This document shows, piece after piece, positions 15,876-27,874 of a DNA stretch of 64,000 nucleotides. The notes beneath the pieces were generated by a model. That model was given only the letters and a program-made list of their open reading frames with translations. It had not been told where the DNA came from and did not search any database. The stretch spans positions 8,556,001 through 8,620,000 of the forward strand of contig NC_081333.1 of the NCBI RefSeq assembly GCF_022539665.2. The letters are read 5' to 3'. This DNA comes from Daphnia carinata (lineage: Eukaryota). Numbering within the stretch: the stretch's first letter is position 1; each line of letters opens with the position of its first letter. The translations under genes were made by a program, and so were the position numbers.

Positions 15876-16910
15876 AAATAACCCCTCGACAACTACAAAA
15901 AAAAAAAAAATCACGACATAAAATCGCTGCACGAGCTCCGGTTCACAACGGGTTCGGCCCCCACAAAGTTCTCGATATCGTCCCATATTTCCCTTTTTTT
16001 TTTCCTAGTGTAAATTTTGCAAGAAACAAAAAGAATGCATTTTTTTTTCTCCTTCACGGATTGCAGTACATCGTTCCGCGTGAAAATTCCCAAGCGACCG
16101 AGTTCAATTTCCATACAATAAAAAAATCAAAGAGACGGAAACACACGGGATAATACCGGTTTTCGCAACGTACATAGCCTACATCCACAACGCACCAAAT
16201 TGTTATCTAGATTAACAGCAAACTTTTGTAATGGCAGCGCTGTGTGCCTCCAGGAATTTATGGCTGCCAATCCCCCGCGTAAAACAAGTATGACGCCATC
16301 GACTGCGATGTATTATCAAGTTACCGACAAAAGGATTGCGTCACAGATGGTACCCACTTTTTTTTTCTTCTTTTAACAATCCACACACGTGTTACCTTTA
16401 TATTATTTCTAGCGCCTCTACAGTAAATCTCGGCGAGCCCACAGTCACCTGGCAACTTTCTTAAATAATCTATTCAACACGAGTATATGGGGTCCACAGG
16501 GTCCACCGTCTATATGCGCAAGGTGACCCATAGAGTCACGTTGGCTAGGCGTGAAAGGATCATCGTTTCTTTCAGAGTCGGTGAACGAAAAGCCAAAAAA
16601 AAAATATCAACGTGAAAAGAGAGTGGAATTTCGTGACCGGGACAAACCCAAATCTCTGAGGGCAAGTCATAAAGTGAAAGGGGAGAATATAAACGCATAA
16701 CACAATCCACGATTTGAAGAGGCATCTGAAAAACCCCTGACATTGAGAGGAAAAATAAAGCGGCAAACAATACGGACTCACGCTCGCTAACTAGACAACG
16801 CAATCCTGATCACGAACCGAGTCGTAGCTGAGGAGGCGTGGAATCAATTTGCGAAACAATTGCGATAAAGCGAGATACGAAAAAGAAGAAGAATTGGGAT
16901 AAGAACTTAC
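124..16910 (-). other. ~16.8 kb first intron of the Slit-like gene
   Basis: GT donor at 16910-16909 and AG acceptor at 125-124. No credible coding ORF lies between them; the region is rich in homopolymer tracts and microsatellites. Confidence 0.7.
6065..6152. repeat. (GA)44 microsatellite
   Basis: Perfect GA dinucleotide run; it produces the spurious SLSLSL ORFs in the track. Confidence 0.95.
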
Positions 16911-17134
16911 ATCTTGTCGGCGTCCTTTGGCAAATCCAGCGGCACTTGAGTCAGTCCACGATTGGAACAATCCACGGCATTGGCCTCGCACTGACAAAGT
17001 CTGGAACAAGGCGAGGCGGCCGCATCGCTACCGGCACCTTTGCCGGCCGAACGGGCCGGCTCGTCGCGCTGTCCGCCGCCGGCCACATGGAGCAGGAGCA
17101 GGACGAAAATCCACAAAAAGAGAAAGGCTCGCAT
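16911..17134 (-). CDS. slit: Slit-like gene, coding exon 1: signal peptide plus LRR N-terminal cap
   Basis: MRAFLFLWIFVLLLLHVAGG (signal peptide)...PCSRLCQCEANAVDCSNRGLTQVPLDLPKDADKI|gtaagt. Spliced to exon 52-123, it resembles the Slit N-terminus as recalled (CPxxCxCxGxxVDCSHRGLTSVP...LELQGNNLT...DF...LRML). An LRRNT-LRR secreted or receptor protein is certain; Slit identity is likely. An upstream in-frame ATG lies at 17275. Confidence 0.72.
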
Positions 17135-19128
17135 TTTGTCCGTGAGCAAGACGCTCTGCCACCACAACGATCTTTCCGAATACCAAACAGACGAAGAAGA
17201 AGAAGACGACGGCCACCACGTATTTGTTGCTGACGACGAAGATAATCTAGCCCGCTGGTGCTGTGCTACGGCCATCGGTAGATAGCCCACCGTGGTACAG
17301 CATAGTCTTCCTGGAGTCGAACCAGTGACACTGTCGCTTTGCTTTTTCTTTTTTTTCGTTTGTTTTGTTTCTACTTTTCACTTTTCGTTTCAGCTGAACT
17401 ACGAGATATCCGTTTTCACTGTTTGGCGTGTTTCACGCACACGCGCTTCAACTCAAATTTACTCGACACACTCGGTCACTCACGCACTCGCCGAAGTATA
17501 AATGTCCAGTCAAACTGAATGAGTTGTCACACAAACGCAAAGTTTTCACCAAGTTTCAAAGTTGGATTTTCGAGACACTCCAGCTGGAAATTGATCCCAA
17601 ACTTTAAACCTGTCCGCGAGAAAAACAACAAAGTTTAAAATAGAATTAAATGGAAATAAGCAACATTTGATGAGTCAACGGTCATCCGTAGACAGTAAAC
17701 GGACGCTCCCCTTGACGTCAAACACACAGTGACGGACGCGGCGCTCCAGATACTGATAACGAGTCAAACTACTCCTCCCAAGTCTCCAAATCGTAGTGAG
17801 GGGACACTTTTTTTCAACAACAGGCGGAGACCTCAAGTCTGGATTTTTCGTCTTTTTTTTTTTTATCTCATTCAAAAAAAAAAAAACCCTGGGCCAGCGC
17901 ATTGTTAACAATCAGATACGAAAGAAAAAGAGGGGGGACTGAAGAGCAGAAAGAGGGCGAGGACTAAAGGGGGCGCAATTCGTGAGTGTAAAAACGGTCT
18001 CACAAAATGCCACCGATTCTTATGCAACACCATTTAACCACAGTCCAATGAATTCATTTTCCGCGCGCCCCGCACCCCACATTCAAACACGTAAACACAA
18101 AGCTGTGCGACTCTTCCCCAGGTCGAATGAATTTTAGCATTTGAATCGATTCCCTTTCGAAAATCGAACCGAATCGGATTACTCAATCAAAAAAATGTAA
18201 CAAAAATCTCTCCGCACGAAAATGAAAAACTTTTGAATAGAAGCGCGAACTATTTTTTTTTTCGTTTCGCTATTCTCAAAGAATAATAAAAAGAAGGTTA
18301 GTAACGGACGGATGGAAAAGAAAAATTAAAAAAAAAAAAAGGTTGTAGGTATACCTGGACGATGTTAAGGAGCATATCGATGCACAATGCGAGCACAGAG
18401 TTCCGTCACCGGTGTTGACTGTGTGAAAGTCGGCACTCTACTAAAGCAGCGGACGGCCCTAGCGGCCCACCATATACTCTACACACGTATAAAAAAGGGG
18501 GAAACAAGGCAGAGAGAGAGAGAATAGCGCCACAGTGCGGATGGCGGGGAATAGGTAGAGACTTGAATGGAAGGCCCCTAGAGAAATAATCATAAATATC
18601 AAAAGAAGACAGACGATTCCGTTTTCCTCCCCTACAAAACTAAATCGCATAATGCGAGGCCGACACGGAAACGGGATCGGATTAAAACATTTTTGAATTC
18701 TTTTCACAGATGATGTCGTCTCTGAATGTTTATGCGATGGAAATTATCTATAGAGGCTGTAAAGATTGCTTTCATTTTTCTTTTTGTATCAGACTAATAG
18801 AAAAGAGTCTTTTTGATGAATAGAAATCAGACGGACTGAGTGGGATTAGATGAATAGATAACGTGACTCACTCTATAGAGTAGAAGATCAGGATGGTTGA
18901 GCGGCCTACTGGTTGCTGGTGCATTCAACGTCTTAATTCACACCTGGTGGCATGAATCCGTCGGCCAGGATCGTCCAACTTATCTGCTCCGGCCGCTTAT
19001 TTCGAAATGGGTGACGCGTAGTTCATTCTCCACAGGGTCTCGTATTGCTTTTCGCTCCAACTACAGGCTTCTTCCCTCTCATCGTTATCCCTCCCTTCCT
19101 CTTTCTCCTCATCGGACGTCTCTTTTGG

Positions 19129-20685
19129 TCAAAGGGTCGAAAGCCAGGCCGTGCTCCAAGCACCGCACATTACTTTTTCAACGTCTTGAATTACGCAGAC
19201 TGGTGTGTCATATGACCGTCGGTCGCCAGATCCCAACTGACCGCAGCCGTTCCAACCCCACGACCATCCTGATTTATCGCCTACAGATCGTTCCAACAAA
19301 GAAAGCAATGCTAGTATGTGTATACATAGTTACGAAGGCACGGTTTTAAAAAAGAAAAAACGTGGGGACAACAAGACAAAATGCTATTACCTAAAGTCAC
19401 CGCTGTGTGACGCGCGCCACACGCGATAGAAGTCACGTTGACATCATCCAGAGAAAAAGGCCTCGCGTGATCCAGAAGTCGTGGTTCGGATTGGATGCTG
19501 ACACATTCATTGCTTTCCGGGGAAGGGACAAAAGAAGAGATCGATCAGTGTTTGAGGAGCTCGCTGATGTAACATAAGTTATCTATAACGCTCTTCCGGA
19601 GTTCAGTGCCCACTGGTTGATGCAAATCACCAGATGTTGCGAATGTATCGGTTTACCTTTTTCTAGCAGAGCCACTCAGATTACGACACGGTAAACCCAA
19701 CTGGCCAGATTCGTTCCAGCCCCAGATGTAAACGTCTCCGTATTCGCTAAGGGCGCAGCTGTGCCATCCGCCAGCAGCAATTTGAACAATATTCATTCCA
19801 CCTAGCACCTCGACTTCTTGTGGATATTCGCTCGACTCGATGCTACCGTGACCCAACTGGCCTCGACTTAAGAAAAGAAATGAATGGTGAAGCACATGGG
19901 AATAAAAGAAGGGATTTATAATTTCACTAACCTTCCTGATCCCCAAGAGTAAACTTTTCCTTCATTGGTGAGGGCCATAAAATGTTCTTTTCCACAAGCA
20001 ATGTCAACAAATCTTGATTGCATGCTTTCCATTTTTAATGGTGGAAGATGAATGTTGCCTGTAACGAAAGTTATTAATCTTCTACTCTGAAGCAAATTTA
20101 AAAACACATACCAATTTCATCAAGGGCTATGACGGAATGATCATTACTTATAACATTGACAAATTTCACAGGCCCTGCCTCATCAGCAACTGTTGTAACC
20201 TTTTCCCAACCTGAAGGTTGGCCCCGAGGATTATCTATTATACGCTTCTTCAGTACTCCACTTTCATCAATGCACACAGCTAAATGTTCATTGCATGTTA
20301 CCTAAGATTTTGCCTTCAATACAGGATTTAAATTTTTTAAATTAGGCACTATAATATACTTCTTTTATATTGATTCCATCAGAGATGGATCCATTGAAAC
20401 TTGATATTCCATTCCAATAACCACTGACAACAGAATCATTTGCTATTGAATTATTAAAACAAATCATTGCTAAAACTGGTGAAATCAATGAATAACCCAA
20501 AATATATTCTTACTTGTTGTAATTATCAGTCGAGACCAACCAAGAAACACGTGCAACACCCAATCGATTTCTGACTGATATATCAGCACAGGCAGGCACG
20601 CGCCAATTTTTTGGGAGGAGCATTCATGGGCGCCTGAATGCGCCACTTGTCCAAAGCCATTGAAACCACAGTAGAATAATTTCAT
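19129..20685 (-). CDS. RCCD1: RCC1-repeat (beta-propeller) protein, RCCD1-like; 7 exons (approx. 20685-20514, 20442-20360, 20301-20112, 20058-19932, 19866-19657, 19512-19391, 19280-19129)
   Basis: N-terminus [16 protein letters not shown]1 repeats: [71 protein letters not shown]...[24 protein letters not shown] introns keep the frame; TGA at 19131-19129. Confidence 0.8.
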
Positions 20686-21267
20686 TTTGACAAAATCTCT
20701 AGAGATGGTTTCCGAACAGAAATGTGACTGCAGCAGCGCTAAGCCTCTTGTTTTATAATTTCGTCTGCAAAAAATTCAAATTACAGCGCCTCTGCAAAAT
20801 AAGCGACGTCTTTCGAGCGATTGCTGAAACACTGAAACTTTTTATTTTCCAAGTTACGATAATCGTGCTTGTTGATGCAGCTGGTAACTAAACATTTTTG
20901 CGAGGATCTTTACCGATTTTTATTTAGGATTTTAATTTTTCTAAAATACATTTCGTAGCAAAATTTGTGTTTATGATACTATAACAAAAGGACAGCAAGC
21001 CATCTAGGGGATAACAGATAAAGCAGCAAAACATAAGACAGTTTTGTCGTCTGCTTCGATGTAGGAAGACAAACAAGGAAAAGAAATAAGTTTACGTTTT
21101 ATTGTGCTTCCTGTTTGCGTGTACTACCTTGAATTTTTTTAGGGTTGCAGTAAAATTTTAAGTTTGGGATAGAAACGTTTCGTCACTAATTCAGCTAGAA
21201 TCGAATAGATGACTAGTCCTTGTGAATATCCATTTCGTTAGTGCATCAGCCATCACCAGCTGCAACA

Positions 21268-23885
21268 ATGTTTTCCACGCGAAATTGGCCGGCATTAGAT
21301 CTAACTTTCAAGGGAGAACACTTTGAGAGCTTCGCATCTGTCGTCCTACGTGTCCCAGGGCTCATGTTGATTGACCAATGGAGTCACATCAGCTCAGACC
21401 GACTCTGGCCCAACACATCGGATATTATGGATAAATGCTATGCATTCATTTTTCATCTAAGTATAAATATAAATCAAGCTATTATTATAACATACTGATG
21501 GGCTTTTCTATGATTTTTCTGTAGTGTTGATTCATGGACTTGTAATACTCATTGTACCATTACCAAAACTGGTCACAATTTACATGCATTACTTGAGTTT
21601 GGCTGCATTAACCGGAGCATCACTTTTGTCAAGACATTTTGTTTTGATTGAGCTACAAGATTTGGATAAAGATGCGACCCTCCCTAAATCCACTGGTGTT
21701 TCAATGACACCACCAACAACTCAACTTCCTTCAGTAATAAACTTCAGCCCTGAATATGCACTTAAATTTGCACGTGAATTCCGGTATGTTACTCGTTTCC
21801 TTTCGTAAAGAAAGATCCGTCAAAAATTTTTCATTTTAGTCCTCCAGGAATAAGTTCCGAAGTTCCAGCATACCAATTTGCGGAGCGTACCCTAATTGGT
21901 ATCGGCCTAATTGTGGATTCGATGGAAATTGATATAGAATGGCTCAGTCTTTTGCACCAGCTAGCCGTTTTGTCTGTCCAACTATTCATCGTATCGTGCG
22001 TTAATTTCTTCCTTGACGTTGAATCAAACGCCAAGCGGGCATTTTTAGCCATCTACTGTTTGCCCATAGTCATCCGTTTGTCGGGTTTTGCCCAATCTGA
22101 TTTACTTCTAGTTCATAACTTTGCCACGGCTGCCCTGATTCTAGCCGCAATTTATTACGTTCTTTCCTGCGTTCCAGCAATTTTGAGTGATATGAAATTC
22201 TTATATTTGTACGCGGCCCATGAGATCGAAGCTCTAAGCCTAGCGCATTTGGCTGTGGATATATGTTCACGCCTCTTCGTTCCCAGTCAATTTTTCGTGT
22301 TTTGGTTGGGCCATTGCATCAACCAACTTCACGCTTTGCTCATTCATCCCGATCTTGTGGCGAACTCGGGCGTTTACTCTGACGAGTGGTATATGGTTTT
22401 CCTCTGCGCCATTTCCCAAATTTGTGACTCACCACTGACTCTTGCTGGCACTTGCGTTGCAATGTCTTATGCTTCTTCTATAGGCCAAGCGGGCATCAAA
22501 ATATTCATTCTGAACTATCAAGCTTATGCGGCGGAGCAAAATCCTCATGCTGGGTTGGCAGAAGGCCTTACGATGGCGTTATTGGCCGCCCAAACGGGCC
22601 TAATCCGTATCAAGATGCCGCAACGTTTGGCAATATTTTCAATCATATTATTTGTTGTGGTAGCATCTTTGATTCAGTCCGTATATGAAACAACGGAGCC
22701 AATGTTATTAGCGCTTTCAGCTAACAAGGATCGGCACATTATGCGCCACGTCAGAATCTTGTTGCTGTGTGTTTTTCTATTTGCCTTCCCCCTCTATATG
22801 ACGTTCATCCTGTGTTACATCTTTGACCTAAACTTTTGGACCTTGGTTGTTATCTCCACTTGCGTTATGACGTCTGTACAAGTTAGTTCTATCGATGCAG
22901 ACTATAGCCCACAACGCTTCAACAAATTCTTTTTTCTTCCAGGTTGTTGGATTATTGGTGATCTACTGTCTCTTCCTTTACGACTCAACTCGCGAGGACG
23001 CATGGGAAGCGCTCGACGACGTTATATACTGCAAGTTAAAAAAAATATTAAAGCAAACGAGGAAAAATAATTACTGATTTTCGGTAATTTAGACACCCGA
23101 GCTGTAGTTCGATGCCTGGAATTCATGGTCGCCCTATTTGTCGTATGCGCTGGCTTCCACGAATCCTTAGTTGGCCAGTGGTCTTGGTCCAACAGTGTCG
23201 TCCTAGTTGTCCACTGCTATTTCAATGTTTGGCAGCGCTTACAGACCGGTTGGATCTCCTTCCTTCGCCGACGGGAAGCTGTCAAACACATAAACGCTTT
23301 GCCATCTGCCAGCCAAGAACAGCTGGCTGTCCACAACGATGTTTGCGCAATCTGCTATCAAACTATGAATCTTGTTGGAACTGTACGCGTCACTCGCTGT
23401 AGACATTTTTTCCATGGCAATTGTCTTCGAAAGGTAAGAATATTCACCAACATGATAAAAGTTTCAACTCGAAAACAGTTTTTGACTTGTGGTTGTAGTG
23501 GCTCTATGTCCAAGAGAAGTGCCCAATGTGTTCTGCGGCCATTACGTTAATTCAAGCTGAAGAATCATCACCAGATGCCGCTGAAGCACCTCTAAACGAA
23601 GCCAATAAAACGTCTAGCCAAGATCGCAAAGTTCATTTCTCATTTGCGGAGAACCAAAGCAGCGGCACCAGTGAGGCAAACGAAGTAGTCGATGAGAATG
23701 AAGATGGAGCGTCACCAAGTCAGAGTGTAACAGCGGCCACTCCTTCCGGAACCTTCCACCAAAATCAAAATTTCGATACTCTATTACACGCTGCCCAACA
23801 AGATGTGCGGCAAGCTAAGTTGCGAGGAGCTCAGGCTCGCCATTCACGCAGCAAAAGCGAAAGTGTTGCACGCATTCTAGAATAG
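21268..23885 (+). CDS. RNF145: RNF145/TRC8-family multi-pass ER membrane RING-H2 E3 ubiquitin ligase; exons 21268-21460, 21525-21783, 21840-22881, 22943-23030, 23093-23433, 23499-23885
   Basis: TRC8_N-type motifs: VVLRVPGLMLID, AEGLTMALLAAQTGL, SIILFVVVASLIQS, DDVIYY...LEFMVAL, HCYFNVWQRLQTGWISFLRRREAVKHINALP. RING-H2: CAICY...CRHFFHGNCLRKWLYVQEKCPMC. Motifs read closer to RNF145 than RNF139 from recall. Confidence 0.88.
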
Positions 23886-24410
23886 AAATGTAATGAATAA
23901 ATATCTTGGGTTGTCGTGAAATGTGGAATAGTATCCACAATCTTTGTTGAATGTTTGTTGTGCCAAAGACAAACGATCGCGTGTTTACATACCAGAATAA
24001 TTGACTCACATGGATAATCTTCCTTCCGAATTGTGCACGCGTCATTGTGCTACTTAAGATGTTGGTTTCTTGACAACTTTTCCTTCGAGATTCTCATGGT
24101 CCTTTTTCTTTCCAGACCTATGTTTAGCCATCAGTTTGGCTATAATTAGTTAGATTTTTCTGATGTGGAAGGGATGTGATTTTTTCTTCAATGTATCGCA
24201 ATACAAGTCAGTGTCTATAACATCAAATTATTGTCTCAACATTCAAAAAAATTAACTCGCGATTTGTTGGTCGCTAAATGTTTTAAAGGCTAAAAGAAGT
24301 AAACTTCCAATATGCCAAAAACAGCGTAGCTAAAATTTTGACTAAATAAATCCTAAGCAGAAACATTAACATTGGAATGAGTAGTTTACCATTAAAAAAA
24401 AACGATATTA

Positions 24411-27400
24411 CTAAAGTATAGCCTTAATTAAGGCAATTTGCAACTCATTGCTAGTTCCATGGCGAGAAAAACTCGATATGGGACGTTTGGGTGCAACATC
24501 CGGAAGCACTGTTCGCCCTTTTGTCGCCATAACTTTGTTTCGTCTAGCAGCTTGTTCACGCATCATTGTGACGTAAGCAGCCGGATTCGCAGCCTAGTAT
24601 TGTCGACGTTCTAACAGGATAAAATCACAATGGCCACCGCAAGGTGTTAGACTTTTCATTACCTGTAAAATTCTCCAAGGATGAACCAATACAGGTGTCG
24701 TCTTAACAGTTTCCAGTGCGGAGCGGCGCGATTGCTCGTGGAGGAGGGTCTCTCGCAAGTGTTCGTAATCACGTTTTAAGTTGCTCGACTGGTACAGTTT
24801 CTGCTCCAAAGCCTTCTTTTCTTGCCTAAACAAGATTTGGTCGATTAAGTGAATATTTAAACAGACCCATTTGCAACCGTATTACTCTTTGTTCTCTAGT
24901 TCTACACGTAGCAAAGTCATGTCTACTTCAAGTCGTTTGGTAACCGCCATTTGTTCTTGCAGTTTCCGTCCCTGTTCTCTCGACTGACGTTTGGTTTCTT
25001 CCAGTTGGTCTCGTTGCACAGAGAATCGCTGTTCAACGTTTCCGTTGAAATTCTTTTCCTGCCAACGGGAATAATTAGCAAACAGTGTCAATGTCTGTCT
25101 GAACTTTTCCTTTACTTACAGTTTGGATTTGAAGTGTTGCTTCTCGCAGATCACTGTTGACTTGTTGCAGCAACAATTGCAAAGTTTGTAATTGTTTTTC
25201 TTGTTGAATTGCGTGTGCCTTTGACTCGCTTTCCATTTTTTTGTGATCATCGACAGCCTTCTTCAGCGTGGTCAAATCCCTTTCGAGATGTTGTTTTACT
25301 AAAGCAAAAAGTACACATTCAGTCATAACATTAAGTGCATTAGAATTCATTAAACTATTACCCCGTTTTCCGTGCATAAGAACTGCCTCCTTAGTTGAAA
25401 GTTCTTCTTTAAGCTTCTCAACCATGAAACTTAAGGTCTTTATTCTTTTATTTTGTTCGTAATTTTCTTCCTGTTGAAATGAATGAAAAATGTTCCTATT
25501 TTCTTTTGTTCTTCTAAAAGCAAAACAGTTGCGCCACTTACTTTGATTTTGGCAAGTTCGTAATCAAGAGCTGATTTTACGTGAGAGTTACTCTCTTCAG
25601 CAGCATGTAGCTGTTGTATTCTTTTTTCAAGTGCTAAATTATTTTCTCTTAAGAGCGTATGTTCTTTTTCTTTAGTGATGGCATTATCTTGCGCATCTTG
25701 GAGCATCTTTTGCAAGGAATCATTTTCGGCTATTAACCTACCATTCAATAGAAATAACATTACCAAAAACATGGATAACAATTCAATTGTCAGCTTACCG
25801 GTTGTTTTCACTTTCGCGTTCAGACAATTTCAAGCGCAGTTTAGACAATTGGGAGTCGCCTTCTCGAATGATCTGTTCCAGCCGTCGGATTGTTTCTTGT
25901 TGAGCTACCCATACTTCTCTTTGCTTCTCCCGAGAAACTATTCGATTGAATCAACAGTCGTTATCAAAGTGTCATATAATGAAAATAGCATTTCTTACTG
26001 AGATGTTCGTGCAACTGCACATGAAGTTGTCGATTTTCTCTCATGATTTTATCGCTGCCTTGTCGGTCTCCAGTGGCGGCAAAGCGTACTTCATATAGTT
26101 CTTTATCCAATTTATCAAGTTGCGTTTCTAGAAGCTCTCGTTCAGTGTCTGCTTTAGCACATTCTTTTTCGTAGTATTCGATCCTCGCGATCGCAGTTTT
26201 GTTGTATATTTCAAGGTTGCTAATCTCCTTCATGCGATCTTGGATTTGACTGTGGGTCAACTGCGAAACCAAACAGCTAATTAAATTGGGCTCAAAACAT
26301 GTCGTTCACTAAGAGGGTGACATACCTTTAATTGGTCACTTAACTGAGCATTTTCTTCGTCCATTCCGGCCAAGATTTTCTTGGCCGATTCCAATTCATG
26401 AACTAACTGATCACACCGAACCGACAAAACCGAAGAAGTCTGAACTAGCTTTTGGTACTGTGCCTGCAAATGGAAAAAAAATAATACATTTCAAATAGAC
26501 CTTTCTACAAACGAAGTAGCAGTACCTCTAGATCGTCCTGGCTCGTTTTTAAAGATAAATTTTGTGCTTGATATTGTTCCAGTTCCTGGCGAAGTTGGGC
26601 AATTTCCTCTTCTCTAAGATTTGATTCGTGGCGGACAGCATCGCGTTGTTGACGAACTACAGCACTCGCTTTCACTTCTGTTTCCAAATTTTCTCTTAAG
26701 GACTGCACACGTTGCCGTATTTTAATGCGACGTCCAGCTAAAATTGTTTCACCGAAGAACTGAAGCACTTACCAATAATTCTTGTTGCAAATGAATCAGC
26801 CGTGAGTCTAGGCGTTTTTTATCCACAGTTGCGTCTTGGAGTTCAGTCTGCAGCAATACAAATTGCTGCGAGTATATTTGATTTTCTCCTCCAAGTTTTT
26901 CATTTTCGACAGTTAAATGCTTTTTCAGTGCAATCAGCTGTTGTAGTGTCAATCCTTCGTCACGTCGTAGCGCTTCTTCCTCCTCAACCAACTTTTGAAG
27001 TTTGCTGACTTCTGCTTCCAACTGGGCAATAGTTTGTTTCGACTGCTCTTCGCGCAGTTTAGATACCTCCAGTAAACGACGAGTTACTTCAATTTCCTAA
27101 TTTCAAAATTGAGAGGATTGATAAAATGAAAACAATCAACAATTTTATACAAGCAATAAGTCCAATTCAACTGCACCTTTGTCATAGCCTGCAGCGCCTC
27201 ATCGTCTTCGTTGGACTCCATGTCGTTCGTATCGTCAATGTTTTTCCTCATGATGTCCACGGACGAGTTCAGATCCACTTGCTTCTTTCTCTGAAGCTCT
27301 TTGTGGTATGCTGACTTCACCTTCTGCATAACACGCGAGAATGTTTCCTGTATCCGGGCTGCGTCACTCACCGTGTTGCCATCGGGATCCGCCCCAGGTT

Positions 27401-27570
27401 CACTCTCCCCCATCACCTGTAATCAGAAAGTTTAGTTCACACGCCAAAGTGCGACTAGTGACGCCAGAAACGATCAATGTGTGAAGAGGGGAAAAATGTG
27501 ATGGCATATTGACCTTTCCGGTGCCTTCAGACTGCGTTTCACCCTCGGGTTTTTCATGTTCCTCCGCCAT
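24411..27570 (-). CDS. CFAP58: Long coiled-coil protein, CFAP58/CCDC147-like; many short exons
   Basis: A chain of E/K/Q/L-rich heptad exons with ~60-70 nt introns runs from ATG 27570 (MAEEHEKPE) to TAG 24413-24411. The C-terminal part ETLLHEQSRRSALE...TPVLVHPWRILQ|AANPAAY resembles the CFAP58 motif (ALEEEL.NP.NVHRWR.LE..DP..Y). An X-box in the promoter supports a ciliary gene. Confidence 0.6.
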
Positions 27571-27636
27571 TCTTAACGACCTGCACTGAAATGTAAAAGC
27601 ACTGTCAAGAGACAAAAAGTTAGTTCTTGTTGTTTT

Positions 27637-27649
27637 GTTGCTAGGAAAC
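27637..27649. promoter_or_regulatory. RFX X-box (GTTGCTAGGAAAC) 67-79 bp upstream of the CFAP58-like ATG
   Basis: Matches the X-box consensus GTTNCY-N-RGNAAC, at the proximal position typical of ciliary genes. Confidence 0.65.
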
Positions 27650-27874
27650 GGCCAACGGGATACCTAGGCGGTCACAAGTTTGACAGGAATAAAAAAGTTA
27701 GAATCGATTAGAGAACATTGTATATTCACTTTTTATAGCGGATTGAAATATATAATTCAATCCGCTTTTGATATTAAATACAACTCGGGAAAATTCCCAA
27801 TATCTAGAAAAATTTAACTAAAATTTAAGGGCATGATTAAGGTATAAGAGAATTTACAGGAGACGGATATGAAA

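Noticed and set aside
253..16800. Many 60-165 aa ORFs with poly-F or poly-K stretches
   Set aside because: They are translations of poly(T)/poly(A) tracts in an intron, with no domain-like content or coherent splice structure.
16911..17134. Alternative identity as an LGR-type GPCR or peroxidasin N-terminus
   Set aside because: Not excluded, but the joined peptide (VDCSNRGLTQVP...INLEGNNLT...DFEGFTNLRIL) fits Slit best from recall. Only two exons are visible, so confidence was kept moderate.
18897..19349. 150-aa plus-strand ORF
   Set aside because: It is antisense to the last RCCD1-like exon and its 3'UTR, starts at TTG and has no recognisable features.
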